A stretch of 64,000 bases of DNA from Candidatus Lustribacter sp. GTDB taxonomy: Bacteria > Vulcanimicrobiota > Vulcanimicrobiia > Vulcanimicrobiales > Vulcanimicrobiaceae. A program made the position numbers and the translations under genes. This document shows positions 47,402 through 57,162 of this stretch, in pieces; the first letter of the stretch is position 1; every line of letters starts with the position of its first letter. Location: NCBI GenBank assembly GCA_965277805.1, contig OZ255842.1, positions 288,001-352,000 on the forward strand. Direction: 5' to 3'. The notes under the pieces are model-generated. The model had not been told where the DNA came from, did no database searches, and worked only from the letters and a program-made list of their open reading frames with translations.

Positions 47402-47482
47402 ATGCGCTGTCCTTGTTGTTGTCCCGTTTTCGAGCCCACCTGTTGCCTTCCGGCAATCGGGCGGGGTGCTGCACTGGGCTGA
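47402..47482 (+). CDS. Cys-rich leader peptide MRCPCCCPVFEPTCCLPAIGRGAALG (attenuator uORF)
   Basis: 6 Cys codons in the first 15 codons, 5 of them TGT; lies directly upstream of a terminator and the sulfate assimilation operon. Confidence 0.8.
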   Translation: MRCPCCCPVFEPTCCLPAIGRGAALG

Positions 47483-47505
47483 GGGTGAACCCCCGAGACC
47501 AGCGT

Positions 47506-47539
47506 GCGACCCTCGCCTGAGCGGGGGTCGCTTTCATTT
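47506..47539 (+). terminator. Intrinsic terminator (attenuator) in the cys leader
   Basis: GCGACCCTCGC-CTGA-GCGGGGGTCGC followed by TTTCATTT. Confidence 0.8.
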
Positions 47540-47584
47540 CCAGCCAGCTCGGCACCCGAACGTACGGGGCCAGGAGTCCGACCC

Positions 47585-48256
47585 ATTTCCACCGATATCG
47601 CCGCCGCCGCCGGCCAAGCGAACGAAATCATCCGCCGCACGATCGAAGCCTATCCCGGCCGCACCACGCTGTCGTGCTCCTTCGGCGGTCCGTCGGGGAT
47701 GGTGCTGCTCGACCTGGCGTTGCGGATCGAACCGCAGCTCAACGTGTTCGTGGTCGACACCGAACTGTTGTTCCCGGAGACCTACGCGCTGATCGAGCGC
47801 GTCGAACGGCGTTACGGCATCAAGGTCGAGCGCGTGCACCCCGAGCAGACCGTTGAGGAACAAAACGCAACGCACGGTGACGCGCTCTGGAAGCGCGATC
47901 CCGACGCGTGCTGCGATCTGCGCAAGGTCGAGCCGCTGCGCGCGTATTTGCAACACTTCGACGCCTGGCTCACGGCCGTTCGGCGCGATCAGAGCGATAC
48001 GCGCACCGACCTTCCCATTCAGGCGTGGGATGAGAACGCCCAGATCGTGAAAGTGGCGCCGCTTGCGGAGTGGACCGAAGCCGACGTGTGGGGGTACGTG
48101 CAAGAGCACGACGTTCCGGTGAACACGCTGCACTTCGAAGGCTATCCGAGCATCGGCTGCATGCACTGCACGCGCCGCGTCGCCCCGGGCGAACACGCGC
48201 GTGCCGGCCGTTGGGCCGAGTTCGACAAAACGGAGTGCGGCATCCATGTCGCCTGA
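47585..48256 (+). CDS. cysH: APS reductase (Fe-S type CysH); probable ATT start
   Basis: SFGG, VDTELLFPETY, CC..RKVEPL, SIGCMHCT, ECGIH; AGGAG 8 nt before ATT 47585. Confidence 0.9.
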   Translation: MSTDIAAAAGQANEIIRRTIEAYPGRTTLSCSFGGPSGMVLLDLALRIEPQLNVFVVDTELLFPETYALIERVERRYGIKVERVHPEQTVEEQNATHGDALWKRDPDACCDLRKVEPLRAYLQHFDAWLTAVRRDQSDTRTDLPIQAWDENAQIVKVAPLAEWTEADVWGYVQEHDVPVNTLHFEGYPSIGCMHCTRRVAPGEHARAGRWAEFDKTECGIHVA

Positions 48257-49256
48257 GTACGCGGCCCCTACGGGTATCGCGCTCGAGAGCGTGAGCAAAC
48301 ACTTCGGCACCGTGCGCGCGGTCGACGGCGTTACGTTCGACGTTGCTCCGGGCTCGCTCACCGCGATTCTCGGGCCGTCCGGCTGTGGCAAGTCGACGCT
48401 CTTGCGTTTGCTGGCCGGCTTCGAACACGTCGATGCGGGTCACGTCACGCTCGGCGGCCGCGACGTGACGGACGTGCCCCTGCGCGAACGCAACATCGGG
48501 TTCGTCTTCCAAGGTTACGCGCTCTTTCCGCACTTGACGGTGGCGGAGAACATCGCGTTTCCGCTCGACGTGCGCAAGGCTGACCGCGCCAAGACGCGCG
48601 CCCGCGTTGCCGAGCTGCTGGATCTGGTGCAATTGCCGGGTTATGAGAAGCGCCGTCCGCACGAACTCTCCGGCGGTCAGCGCCAACGCGTCGCGCTCGC
48701 GCGGGCGCTGGCGGCGCAACCTGCCATCCTCTTGCTCGACGAACCGTTTGCGGCGCTCGACGTGCACGTGCGGCGCGATCTGCGTGCGTGGCTGCGCCGG
48801 CTGCACGACGACGTGCACGTGACCACGCTGCTCGTGACGCACGACGCCGACGAAGCGATGGAGATCGCGGATGCGCTCGTGCTGATGAACGCCGGCCGCG
48901 TGGAACAAGCCGGCAGCCCGCTCGACCTCTACGATCGTCCGGTGTCGCCGTTCGCATTGCACTTTCTCGGCCCGGCGAACATCATCGCCTCCGGCGGCAA
49001 CCCGCAGTACGTGCGGCCGCACGAGCTGCAGGTCGATTCGCATGCGTTCGACGGCTCGCAGCCGGCCCGCGTGTCGCGCATCGTCGATCTCGGGTCGCGG
49101 CGGCGGATCGACCTCGTCCTACCCGGCGGAGATCCGGTAAGCGCCGAAATCCGCGCGCCGTACAACGGTTTGAGCGCGGTGCGCGACGGCGATACCGTGC
49201 ACTTTGCGCTCGTTCATCAGCGGTCGTTCTCACCGACCTCACCTGAAAGGCCCTAG
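48246..49256 (+). CDS. cysA: Sulfate ABC transporter ATPase
   Basis: GPSGCGKST, LSGGQRQRVALARALA, LRAWLRRLHDDVHVTT. Confidence 0.92.
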   Translation: MSPEYAAPTGIALESVSKHFGTVRAVDGVTFDVAPGSLTAILGPSGCGKSTLLRLLAGFEHVDAGHVTLGGRDVTDVPLRERNIGFVFQGYALFPHLTVAENIAFPLDVRKADRAKTRARVAELLDLVQLPGYEKRRPHELSGGQRQRVALARALAAQPAILLLDEPFAALDVHVRRDLRAWLRRLHDDVHVTTLLVTHDADEAMEIADALVLMNAGRVEQAGSPLDLYDRPVSPFALHFLGPANIIASGGNPQYVRPHELQVDSHAFDGSQPARVSRIVDLGSRRRIDLVLPGGDPVSAEIRAPYNGLSAVRDGDTVHFALVHQRSFSPTSPERP

Positions 49257-49258
49257 CG

Positions 49259-50257
49259 TTGCGTTTCCTCCGCTCCATCGCCGCCGCCGTCTTCGTGGCG
49301 GGCGTAACGCTGCACGCCGCATCGGCCGCAACGCTGCTCAACGTATCGTACGATCCGACGCGCGAGCTGTATGCCGAGTACAACACGCTCTTCGCGAAGT
49401 ACTGGAAGCAGAAGACGGGCGAGGACGTGACGATCCAGCAGTCGCACAACAGTTCCGGCGCGCAGGCGCGTGCGGTCATCAGCGGCCTCGAAGCCGATGT
49501 CGTGACTCTGGCGCTCGCGGGCGACATCGATGCGATCTCGCAGAACGCGAAGTTGCTGCCGCCCGATTGGGCCAAGCGGCTGCCGCAAAATTCGACGCCG
49601 TACACGTCGACGATCGTGTTCCTCGTGCGCAAGGGCAACCCGAAGCACATCCATGACTGGAACGATCTGACGAAGCCCGGCGTCGGCGTCATCACCCCCA
49701 ACCCGAAGACCAGCGGCGCGGCGCGCTGGATCGTTCTGGCCGCGTATTCGTACGGCATGAAGAAGAACCAGAACAGCCAGGCCAAGACGCGCGCGCTGAT
49801 CGGCGCGATCTACAAGAACGCGCTCGTCCTCGATTCCGCCTCGCGCGCCTCGACGCTGACGTTCACCGAGCGCGGCCTCGGCGACGTGCTCGTCTCGTGG
49901 GAAAACGAAGCGATCCTGGCACAGCGCGATCATCCCAAAGATTACGAACTCGTCGTGCCTTCGGTGAGCGTGCTGGCCGAACCGCCGGTGGCGTGGATCG
50001 ACGTCAACGTCGCCAAACACCATACCGAGGCCGTCGCGAAAGCCTATCTCGAGTTTCTCTACACGCCGCAGGCGCAGCGCCTGGAGTGCAAGTGGGGCTA
50101 TCGCCCGCGCGATACCTCGGTGCTCGGGCACTGCGGCACATCGTTCCCGCGCACCGACCTGACGACGGTTGCGAGCTTCGGCGGCTGGCCGAACGCCAAC
50201 AAGGTGTTCTTCGCTGACGGCGCCCTGTTCGACCAGGTCTTCACCGCTCCGAAATGA
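49259..50257 (+). CDS. sbp: Sulfate-binding periplasmic protein
   Basis: LLNVSYDPTRELY, PYTSTIVFLVRKGNPK, NPKTSG, WENEA. Confidence 0.95.
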   Translation: MRFLRSIAAAVFVAGVTLHAASAATLLNVSYDPTRELYAEYNTLFAKYWKQKTGEDVTIQQSHNSSGAQARAVISGLEADVVTLALAGDIDAISQNAKLLPPDWAKRLPQNSTPYTSTIVFLVRKGNPKHIHDWNDLTKPGVGVITPNPKTSGAARWIVLAAYSYGMKKNQNSQAKTRALIGAIYKNALVLDSASRASTLTFTERGLGDVLVSWENEAILAQRDHPKDYELVVPSVSVLAEPPVAWIDVNVAKHHTEAVAKAYLEFLYTPQAQRLECKWGYRPRDTSVLGHCGTSFPRTDLTTVASFGGWPNANKVFFADGALFDQVFTAPK

Positions 50258-50264
50258 CCTCTCC

Positions 50265-51074
50265 ATGATTCCCGGACGCGGTGTTGCTCTAGCGACGACG
50301 ATGACGATCGTAGCGATCGTCGTCGTCGTTCCGCTTTCCGCGCTCGTGCTCTCGCTGCACGGGATCACGCCGGCAGGCTTCATCGCGACCGCGTTTTCGC
50401 CGGGAGCGCTCGCCGCGTACCGGCTCAGCTTCGGCGCGGCGATCCTCGCGTCGGCGATCGACGTCGTCGCCGGCGGTGCGATCGCGTTCGTGCTCGTGCG
50501 CTATCCCTCGGCCTGGATGCGCCCGTTCGACGCGCTCGTCGACGTGCCGTTCGCGTTGCCGCCGGCCGTTACCGGGATCACCTTGGCCGAGTTGTACGGG
50601 CAGCACGGCTGGATCGGCTCGTGGCTCGGCGCGCACGGCATCCAAATCGCTTATACGCCGGCCGGCGTGCTGCTCGCGCTCACGTTCGTCGGGCTGCCGT
50701 TCGTCGTGCGCACCGTGCAGCCGGTGATCGCCACCTTGCCGCGCGAGTACTCGCAAGCGGCAGCCTCGCTCGGCGCGCGGCCGTTCACGATCTTCCGCCG
50801 CATTACGCTGCCGCTGGTCGCGCCGTCGTTTCTCACCGGCTTCGCGCTGTCGCTCGCGCGCACGCTGGGCGAATACGGCTCGGTCATCTTCATCGCCGGC
50901 AACATGCCGGGCAAGACCGAGGTCATTCCGCTGATCGTGATCACGCGGCTCGAGCAATACGATTTCGCCGGCGCGGCGGCGGTGGCGCTGGTGTCGCTGT
51001 TCGTCTCGTTCGTCATGCTGTATGCAATCAACGCGCTGCAGCGCCGAATCGTCGACGTGCGGAGCGCGGCATGA
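50265..51074 (+). CDS. cysT: Sulfate ABC permease CysT (CysU)
   Basis: DVPFALP, LPFVVRTVQPV, GEYGSVIFIAGNMP.KTE. Confidence 0.92.
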   Translation: MIPGRGVALATTMTIVAIVVVVPLSALVLSLHGITPAGFIATAFSPGALAAYRLSFGAAILASAIDVVAGGAIAFVLVRYPSAWMRPFDALVDVPFALPPAVTGITLAELYGQHGWIGSWLGAHGIQIAYTPAGVLLALTFVGLPFVVRTVQPVIATLPREYSQAAASLGARPFTIFRRITLPLVAPSFLTGFALSLARTLGEYGSVIFIAGNMPGKTEVIPLIVITRLEQYDFAGAAAVALVSLFVSFVMLYAINALQRRIVDVRSAA

Positions 51075-51952
51075 CCGCGATCAACCTCGAACCGCTGGTG
51101 ACGCCGGTGCGCACGCGCGGGCACGCGGCCCGCTTGCATCTGTGGGAGCGCGCGGCGATCGGTGCCGTGGCGCTGTTGCTCGGCTTCTTCGTGTTCATAC
51201 CGCTGTGCTCGATCGTGTACGAAGCACTGCGCGCCGGTTTGCCGATGGCGGCGGCGACCTTCGCGGACCCGTACGCGCAGTCGGCGATCTGGCTCTCGGC
51301 GATTACCGCGGTGGTCACGATCGCGTGCAACGGTGCGTTCGGCATCCTCGCGGGCTGGACGCTCACCAAGTACTCGTTTCCCGGCAAAGCGCTGCTGCTC
51401 GCGATCATCGACTTGCCGTTGACGATCTCGCCGGTCGTCGCCGGGCTCGCGCTGCTGCTGGTGTTCGGGACGCGCTGGCCGGTCGGTGCGTGGTTCGAGG
51501 CGCACGGTATGCAGATCGCCTTCGCGCCGCCCGGGATTATCCTCGCGACGATCTTCGTCACGTTCCCGTACGTCGCGCGCGAAACGATCGCGCTGATGAG
51601 CGAGACGGGCCGCGAACTCGAGGAGGCGGCCCTTGGCCTCGGCGCAACGCTCTGGCAAACGTTCGCGCGCGTCACGTTCCCGCGGGCGCGTTGGGCCATC
51701 CTCAACGGCGTGCTGCTCTGCAACGCGCGGGCGCTCGGTGAGTTCGGCGCCGTCTCGGTCATCTCGGGCAACATCCGCGGCTTGACCAATACCGTCCCGT
51801 TGCACATCGACGTGCTCTACAATAGCTACAACCTCGTCGGCGCGTTCACATTGGCCGGCGCGCTGGCGCTCGTGACGATCACCCTCACCTTCATCCGTAC
51901 CACCATCGACGCCCGCATGCATCAGCGGACCAACATAGAAACGAGAAACTGA
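51071..51952 (+). CDS. cysW: Sulfate ABC permease CysW
   Basis: DLPLTISPVVAG, LCNARALGEFGAVSVISG.IRG.TNT.PL. Confidence 0.92.
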   Translation: MTAINLEPLVTPVRTRGHAARLHLWERAAIGAVALLLGFFVFIPLCSIVYEALRAGLPMAAATFADPYAQSAIWLSAITAVVTIACNGAFGILAGWTLTKYSFPGKALLLAIIDLPLTISPVVAGLALLLVFGTRWPVGAWFEAHGMQIAFAPPGIILATIFVTFPYVARETIALMSETGRELEEAALGLGATLWQTFARVTFPRARWAILNGVLLCNARALGEFGAVSVISGNIRGLTNTVPLHIDVLYNSYNLVGAFTLAGALALVTITLTFIRTTIDARMHQRTNIETRN

Positions 51953-51954
51953 CC

Positions 51955-52749
51955 GTGGATTCCCTCGATCGGCTGGAAGCCGAAACCATCACGATCTTGC
52001 GCGAGGCCTACCGGGCCAGCAGTAAGCCCTGCATGCTGTGGTCGATCGGCAAAGATTCGACCGCGCTCTTGTGGATGGCGCGCAAAGCCTTCCTGGGCCG
52101 CGTTCCGTTTCCGATGGTCTTGCTCGAAACGTTCATGGAATTGCCCGAGGTGTACGAATTCCGCGATCGTCTGATCGACGAGTGGCAACTCGAGTACTTC
52201 GCGCAGATCTGTCCGCCGGAGAGCGAAGTCGATCAGACGCTGCCGCCGGCAACGCGCGCCGCCGCACGCAAGACCGAAGGCCTGCGCACGATGCTGCGCG
52301 AGCAGAAGTTCGACGCCGTGATGGTCGGCATCCGGCGTGACGAGCAGGCGATGCGCGCGAAGGAACGCGTGTTTAGCCCGCGCCGCATCGACGGCACGTG
52401 GGACGTGAAAGAGCAGCCCCCGGAGTTCTGGGGCTACTACACGACCAGCGTGCCGGACGGCGCGCACCTGCGCGTGCATCCGCTCCTGTCGTGGACCGAA
52501 CTCGACATTTGGGAGTATACGCTGCGCGAGAACATCCCGTACGTCCCGCTCTACCTCGCGCGCGACGGCAAACGCTATCGCTCGCTGGGCGAGAAGAACA
52601 TCACCGTGCCGATCGACAGCAACGCATCGACGATCGAAGAGATCATCGCCGAGCTGCGAGCGACGCGCGTGCCCGAACGGGCCGGCCGCACGATGGATAA
52701 CGAGAGCGAAGCCTCGTTCGAACGCCTGCGCGCGGGAGGGTACATGTAA
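51955..52749 (+). CDS. cysD: Sulfate adenylyltransferase subunit 2
   Basis: [12 protein letters not shown]...[21 protein letters not shown]. Confidence 0.93.
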   Translation: MDSLDRLEAETITILREAYRASSKPCMLWSIGKDSTALLWMARKAFLGRVPFPMVLLETFMELPEVYEFRDRLIDEWQLEYFAQICPPESEVDQTLPPATRAAARKTEGLRTMLREQKFDAVMVGIRRDEQAMRAKERVFSPRRIDGTWDVKEQPPEFWGYYTTSVPDGAHLRVHPLLSWTELDIWEYTLRENIPYVPLYLARDGKRYRSLGEKNITVPIDSNASTIEEIIAELRATRVPERAGRTMDNESEASFERLRAGGYM

Positions 52750-54587
52750 TGGACCTGCGCGTAGCGATTACCGGTCACGTCGACCATGGCAAGTCCACGC
52801 TCATCGGGCGTCTGCTCTACGATACCGGCAGCTTGGCCGACGGCAAGGCCGAAGAAATCATCGCTTCGAGCGAACGCCGCGGCCTCGCGGTCGAGTGGTC
52901 GTTCGCGGTCGATGCGGCGCAAGAAGAGCGCGATCAAGCGATCACGATCGAAACGACCCGCGTTTGGATGCACTACGGCGGGCGGCGCATCGTGATCATC
53001 GATACGCCCGGCCATCGCGAGTTCATCCGTAACATGATGAGCGGCGCGGCCGACGCCGACGCCGGCATCCTCGTGATCGATGCGCTGGAAGGGATCGCCG
53101 ATCAAACCTATCGTCATGCTTACCTGCTGCGTTTGCTCGACGTACCGGAGATCATCGTCGCGGTCAACAAGATCGACGCGGTCGAAAATCCGGCCGAGCG
53201 TTTCGCGCAGATCAGCCGCGACATCCGCTCGGTGCTCGAGACCGCGGGCAAACCGTTGCGCGCGATCGTGCCGCTCTCGGCCCGCGACGGCGACAACGTC
53301 GTCAATCGTTCGGAGCGTACCGCATGGTACACCGGCCCGACCCTCATCGACGTTCTCGTCTCGCTGCATCCGGTCGCGCCGCTGGCCGACCGCCCGCTGC
53401 GCTTCGAAGTGGCCGACGTCTACCGGTTTAGCGACGAAGAGCGCATCTCGGTCGGCAACGTGGTAGCCGGCACGATCGCGCCCGGCGATCGCGTGCGCAT
53501 CGCGCCCAGCGGCGCAACCACGCGCGTGCGCGGCATCAAGCGTTGGCCCGACGATCCCTCGCCCGCGCTCGCGGGCCAAGCCGTCGGCCTCACCTTCGAT
53601 GATCCCGTGTTCATCGATCGCGGCGACATCGTCACTCACGCCGACCGTCCGCCGCTCGTCGCGACCACGTCGTTCGACGGCGTCTTCTTCTGGCTTTCGG
53701 AGGCGCCGCCGCGGGTCGGCGAGACGCTGTCGATCAAGATCGGCCGCGCTGAAGTTGCGGTGACGATCATCGGCATCGACGAGACGATCGATCTAGGCAT
53801 TCTCGACAAAGTTCAGCCCGATGAATCATCCAAGCATTCGGCGTTCGCCCTGCGCCTGCGCGCGGCGCGCACGGTTGCGGCCGAACCGGGCGCGCGCTGT
53901 GTGCTGCTGCGCACGGGCGAAGTCGTCGGCGGGGGCAAGCTTTCCACCGTCGAGCCGGTCAGCTCGCAGCGATCGGATAACCTCGTACCGCAAGGCCATC
54001 TGATCTCGCGCGAAACGCGCGCGCATCGCAACGGCTATCGCGGTTTGGTCGCCTGGCTCACCGGTTTGCCGGGCAGCGGCAAGTCGACGATTGCGATGGC
54101 GGTCGAACGCGAGCTGTTTGCGCGCGGCTATTTCGTCTACGTGCTTGACGGCGACAACGTGCGGACCGGGCTCAATCGCGATCTCGGTTTCACGCGCGAA
54201 GGACGTCAGGAAAACATCCGGCGCATCGGCGAGGTGGCGGCGCTGTTCGCCGACGCCGGCGCGATCGTCATCACCGGCACGATCTCGCCGCACGCAGCCG
54301 ATCGTGCCGCCGCGCGCGCGGCGGCGCCCGGCTCGTTTCACGAGATCTACGTGCGCGCGAGCGTCGATACGTGCGCGACCCGCGACGTGAAGGGTCACTA
54401 CGCGAAAGCGCGCGCCGGCGAGCTGCCCGACTTCACCGGCGTTTCAGCGCCCTACGAAGAGCCCGAGCACCCCGACTTGCTGGTGGACACTAACGCCTCA
54501 ACGATCGAAGCCAGCGTGTCCTCCGTGGTCGAGTACCTGATCCGCGCCGCCACCGCTCCCGAGGTACTCCTCAGCTACTCGATTTAA
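52749..54587 (+). CDS. cysNC: Fused sulfate adenylyltransferase subunit 1 / APS kinase
   Basis: [18 protein letters not shown] GTPase domain; [28 protein letters not shown] kinase domain. Confidence 0.93.
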   Translation: MDLRVAITGHVDHGKSTLIGRLLYDTGSLADGKAEEIIASSERRGLAVEWSFAVDAAQEERDQAITIETTRVWMHYGGRRIVIIDTPGHREFIRNMMSGAADADAGILVIDALEGIADQTYRHAYLLRLLDVPEIIVAVNKIDAVENPAERFAQISRDIRSVLETAGKPLRAIVPLSARDGDNVVNRSERTAWYTGPTLIDVLVSLHPVAPLADRPLRFEVADVYRFSDEERISVGNVVAGTIAPGDRVRIAPSGATTRVRGIKRWPDDPSPALAGQAVGLTFDDPVFIDRGDIVTHADRPPLVATTSFDGVFFWLSEAPPRVGETLSIKIGRAEVAVTIIGIDETIDLGILDKVQPDESSKHSAFALRLRAARTVAAEPGARCVLLRTGEVVGGGKLSTVEPVSSQRSDNLVPQGHLISRETRAHRNGYRGLVAWLTGLPGSGKSTIAMAVERELFARGYFVYVLDGDNVRTGLNRDLGFTREGRQENIRRIGEVAALFADAGAIVITGTISPHAADRAAARAAAPGSFHEIYVRASVDTCATRDVKGHYAKARAGELPDFTGVSAPYEEPEHPDLLVDTNASTIEASVSSVVEYLIRAATAPEVLLSYSI

Positions 54588-54763
54588 TGCTTGTGGAAAA
54601 CGTCTTCGGCCCGGGCGACGCCTGAGCCGACGGCGGTCTCCGTGCGGTTGACGAGGTTCATGATCCAGCGCACCGTGGCGATCACCCCGATCACGGCGAA
54701 CGCGAAGATCACGAAAAACACCCACAGCGCGAAGTGGATCAGGTGGCCGAGGAACACTTCCAT
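54584..54763 (-). CDS. 59-aa single-pass membrane protein (below the ORF-track cutoff)
   Basis: [68 protein letters not shown]3-rich codons. Confidence 0.7.
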   Translation of the reverse strand: MEVFLGHLIHFALWVFFVIFAFAVIGVIATVRWIMNLVNRTETAVGSGVARAEDVFHKH

Positions 54764-54822
54764 GGCAGCTCCGTTGCGGTGGCAAAAAACGGAACCCTGC
54801 GCGGCGGGTCGAACCTTCGGGT

Positions 54823-55032
54823 ATGCCAGTGAGCGCTCTGAGCTCCCAGCCGCCGTTCCTGAATCCGCCGCCGCTGCCGTTCAGCGCCGAGAACAATCAG
54901 CCCGCGCCCAAGGCACCTCCGGGCAGCGAAGGGCATCAGGGCGGCGACGTCACGAGCCAGCTCGTGAAGGGCAACCCGGGTGGCGTCGGCGCCGGCTTCG
55001 GCCTCGGCATCGCACTGGACGCGAGCACCTAG
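54823..55032 (+). CDS. Small Pro/Gly-rich hypothetical protein
   Basis: 69 aa ending GLGIALDAST. Confidence 0.5.
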   Translation: MPVSALSSQPPFLNPPPLPFSAENNQPAPKAPPGSEGHQGGDVTSQLVKGNPGGVGAGFGLGIALDAST

Positions 55033-55034
55033 CG

Positions 55035-55235
55035 ATGGTCCAAAACCTCGTCCTCAACAATTCGGACTTCAACTTCAGCGCCAAGTCCGACCAGATCCGG
55101 CAGAACTTCGATCAAACGAAGGTCGTGCCGACGCCGGGCACCGATGCCGCGCAGGTCGCGCAGCTGCGCGCGCAACTCGAGTCGGGCGCGCTCACGCAAC
55201 ACGGCAGCGGGATCAACGCCGAGTTTTCGGCCTAA
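55035..55235 (+). CDS. Small hypothetical protein
   Basis: 66 aa MVQNLVLNNSDFNF...GSGINAEFSA; strongly host-like codons; starts 2 nt after the previous stop. Confidence 0.6.
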   Translation: MVQNLVLNNSDFNFSAKSDQIRQNFDQTKVVPTPGTDAAQVAQLRAQLESGALTQHGSGINAEFSA

Positions 55236-56013
55236 CCGGATTCGCCGGTCGCGAGGCGTCATAGGCCTCTTTTAACGCTGAGAGCACGAGCGGGATGATC
55301 GTGCGGCGCAGGACGTTCGTCTTCTCGTCGTCGCCGCGAAAGGCGTCGGCGGCATGCCGCGCCGCGCCTGCGAACGTTCCTTTGGCGATCATCACGCCCG
55401 CGAGCGGATCGGCGACCGCGGAAAGCGCCACCGGCGGTGCGCCGTCGAGCACGTAGGCGACCGTCGCCGTGCCGATGCGGTGCACGCCCGAGAGCACGAG
55501 CGCGACGAACACGCGCAGTTCGAACGTGGCCACGCCGTCGCGGCGGCGAATGCGCCGGTCGGCAAACGCGACCTTCGGCAGTTCGGCCTTCAGCGTGACC
55601 GCGAGCGGGATCTCGTTGGGCGGCAGCTCGCGCGTGGTGAGCGTATCGAGCCCGGCGACGCGCGTCGCGCCCATGCCGGCGATGATGACCTGCGCGCCGA
55701 GTGCGCCGAGCCGGAAGCGCGCGGCATCGGGTCCGAACGGCGTATCGCCGAGCGCGCTGCGAATGAGGGGCTCTTGCGCGACGCGTTCGATATCCGCGAA
55801 TGCGCCGATCTGCAGCCCGTGACGGTCGCTTTGGATCTCGCGAAAATCGGGCACGTCGGCGACGTCGACGATGAAGCCGTCGCCTTCGCCGGGATACTCG
55901 AGGCCGAGAAAACCGCTCTTGCCGGCGCGCCACCGGATGCGTCCGCGATGCACGAACGCGAGGCCGAGGGCTTCGCGCAAATGACGCGGACGAGCAACGT
56001 TCGTCGCTTCCAT
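55213..56013 (-). CDS. Divergent CoxM/XdhA-like FAD-binding subunit
   Basis: RPRHLREAL...AG...IVDV..VP..REI...GLQIGA resembles the FAD_binding_5 N-terminus. Confidence 0.55.
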   Translation of the reverse strand: MEATNVARPRHLREALGLAFVHRGRIRWRAGKSGFLGLEYPGEGDGFIVDVADVPDFREIQSDRHGLQIGAFADIERVAQEPLIRSALGDTPFGPDAARFRLGALGAQVIIAGMGATRVAGLDTLTTRELPPNEIPLAVTLKAELPKVAFADRRIRRRDGVATFELRVFVALVLSGVHRIGTATVAYVLDGAPPVALSAVADPLAGVMIAKGTFAGAARHAADAFRGDDEKTNVLRRTIIPLVLSALKEAYDASRPANPVRPKTRR

Positions 56014-56099
56014 TGCCGCTTGTGTTCCACGCGAGGCATGCGCTGACCCAGTACGCGCGCCGAAAGGTACGAAGCGACGCGGCAGCGGACCTCATCGGT

Positions 56100-57095
56100 G
56101 TGAGCGGAAGCGAGGCGACGGTGGCCGGCGCGAGCGGTCTCGGCGACGGTATTGCGCAGATACGCTTGCCGATGGCGGGCAATCCGTTGCGTTACATCAA
56201 CGGGTACGTGCTCGAGGATGAGGGCGGCCTGACCCTCGTCGATTGCGGTTGGAAAGCGGACGACGTCCTCGCTGCGCTGCACGCGGGCTTGAACGAATTG
56301 GGCTACGAACTCGCGGGCGTGCGCCGGATCGTGATCACGCACCATCACTTCGATCACTACGGACTCGCGGCAACGCTGCGCCGCGCCGGCGTGCCCGAAC
56401 TGCTGATGCACGAGCGCGATTGGGAGATCGCGAAGTATTTCGAGGCAACGCACCACGAGGACGATCGGGCCAGCAACGAGTGGCTCGAGCGCAACGGCTT
56501 CGTGCCCGGCGACTTCGGCGACCAGGGGTTCGCGGGCCGCTGGGAGATCATGGAGCCGACGCAGCTCGTCGCCGACGGCGACCGGGTGGGCCGGCTCGAG
56601 GCGGTTTGGACGCCGGGACATTCGCCCGGCCATCTGTGCCTGGCCGATACGCGCAGCGGCCGGCTGTTGACCGGCGATCACGTGCTCGATCCGATCACCC
56701 CGCACGTCGGTCTCTGGCGCGGACGCGACGCCGATCCGATGGGCGACTACCTCGCCTCGCTGGAAAAGGTGCGCGGACGCGGTCCGGCCGGCGCTCTGCC
56801 GGCGCACGGCGAGCCGTTTGCGGACCTCGACCGGCGCGTCGGGGAGCTGATCGCGCACACGCTCGCGCGCGAAGCGCAGGTCCTTGAGGTGCTGGCAGCC
56901 GCCCCGGCCAGCGCGGGCGACATCGCCCGGCGGTTGCCGTGGACGCGCCGCAATCGCACGTTCGAGAGCCTCGGCCCGTGGCACCAGCAATTTGCGGTCT
57001 CCGAGACGATCGCGCACCTGCAGCACCTGTTTGTAAACGGGCGTATCTCGCGAGTTTCCGGCCCGGACCCGATTCGTTACATTCAAGCCGCATGA
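56100..57095 (+). CDS. MBL-fold metallo-hydrolase with C-terminal winged helix
   Basis: THHHFDH, TPGHSPGH, TGDH, PAHG; start approximate. Confidence 0.9.
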   Translation: MSGSEATVAGASGLGDGIAQIRLPMAGNPLRYINGYVLEDEGGLTLVDCGWKADDVLAALHAGLNELGYELAGVRRIVITHHHFDHYGLAATLRRAGVPELLMHERDWEIAKYFEATHHEDDRASNEWLERNGFVPGDFGDQGFAGRWEIMEPTQLVADGDRVGRLEAVWTPGHSPGHLCLADTRSGRLLTGDHVLDPITPHVGLWRGRDADPMGDYLASLEKVRGRGPAGALPAHGEPFADLDRRVGELIAHTLAREAQVLEVLAAAPASAGDIARRLPWTRRNRTFESLGPWHQQFAVSETIAHLQHLFVNGRISRVSGPDPIRYIQAA

Positions 57096-57162
57096 AGGCC
57101 GGAGGAGCGGCAAACCACGCGACTAATGCGACGGCGTTAATGGTTGCTTACATGGTGCCGCC

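Noticed and set aside
47425-47505. SAM-IV/SAM-I-like riboswitch (CGGCAAT...GGCGGGGTGC, GGGTGAA...GACCAG) upstream of sulfur genes
   Set aside because: The 5' P1/P2 core is not recognisable and GGCAA is sequestered in a local hairpin. The Cys-codon uORF explains the region better. An Rfam scan would settle it.
47504-47584. ORF-track GTG start for cysH
   Set aside because: It lies in the terminator region, has no RBS and adds non-homologous sequence.
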